The notes beneath the pieces are model-generated. The model made no database searches, was not told the origin of the DNA, and was given only the letters and a program-made list of their open reading frames with translations. This document shows, in pieces, positions 63,558 to 64,000 of a stretch of 64,000 bases of DNA. The stretch is from Felis catus (Eukaryota): contig NC_058368.1 in the NCBI RefSeq assembly GCF_018350175.1, positions 137,022,001 to 137,086,000 of the forward strand, written 5' to 3'. Positions within the stretch are counted from its first letter, which is position 1, and each line of letters opens with the position of its first letter. The position numbers and the translations under genes are program-made.

Positions 63558-64000
63558 CAGACAGTCTTCAGCTCCAACTTGTAGGTCACTCAGCTTGCCA
63601 GTCTGTTCCCATATCTGTTTATACCAGGAGTGCTTTTATTATAATTCTGTAATTTAATTAATTTATAGGTAAACTCAAAGCTTATAAATAGAAAAAAGTT
63701 AATGTTTCTACAAAAACTAATTTGAATGCTTTGAGAAGACTCATAAAGTTGGGTTTCACACATGACAAAAACCTCACTATCAAATTAGGTGTGATAAAGA
63801 CAATTCTAAAAGACTAGGGTAAAATACCAGAAAAAATCTATAAGTATTCTGCACTCAGCTTACTTAAAAATTGTCTTTAAATTGTTGATTCACTTGAAAG
63901 AAATCAAAACTGAAATTGGTAGATGATTCTCTATGAGTGTGATTTATTCCAGAAAGACAATATAGAACTTCAGTGAGCCAATCCATAATCAAAACAGAGG
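63558..64000 (+). mobile_element. Tigger-type (TcMar/pogo; Tigger13-like) DNA transposon remnant, runs off the window
   Basis: Decayed CENP-B-like transposase N-terminus (...TKTNLNALRRL...KLGV...FCTQ...KKSKL...VDDSL...) with stops and frameshifts. Confidence 0.75.

Overview
Repeat-rich, non-coding mammalian DNA from a felid, most likely domestic cat. The assignment rests on about 23 carnivore tRNA-derived Can-SINEs of the SINEC_Fc type and feline L1 3' ends. I find no recognisable protein-coding exon, RNA gene or CRISPR array; nearly all ORFs in the track are SINE, L1 or microsatellite read-throughs. Other repeats are old L1M/L2/MIR pieces, MaLR and MER21-type solo LTRs, hAT-Charlie MITEs and a Tigger-type transposase remnant. 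Repeat family names come from remembered consensus features, not a database search. Three structures are not explained by ordinary repeats. (1) A 1273-bp direct pair (39760-41032 / 58565-59837) is about 99% identical and CpG-rich, but lies inside flanks that are homologous and far more diverged, suggesting an ancient duplication whose core is homogenised by gene conversion. (2) A ~301-bp inverted duplication (6802-7102 / 11480-11781) has a second copy bracketed by a 10-bp target-site-like repeat and no poly(A), which looks like a templated insertion. (3) A 117-bp tandem-plus-inverted TTCTCTAGAA array sits beside the donor arm. There are also weak candidates for minus-strand exons and a plus-strand TATA/Inr promoter in TE-poor stretches. 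The host gene could not be identified.
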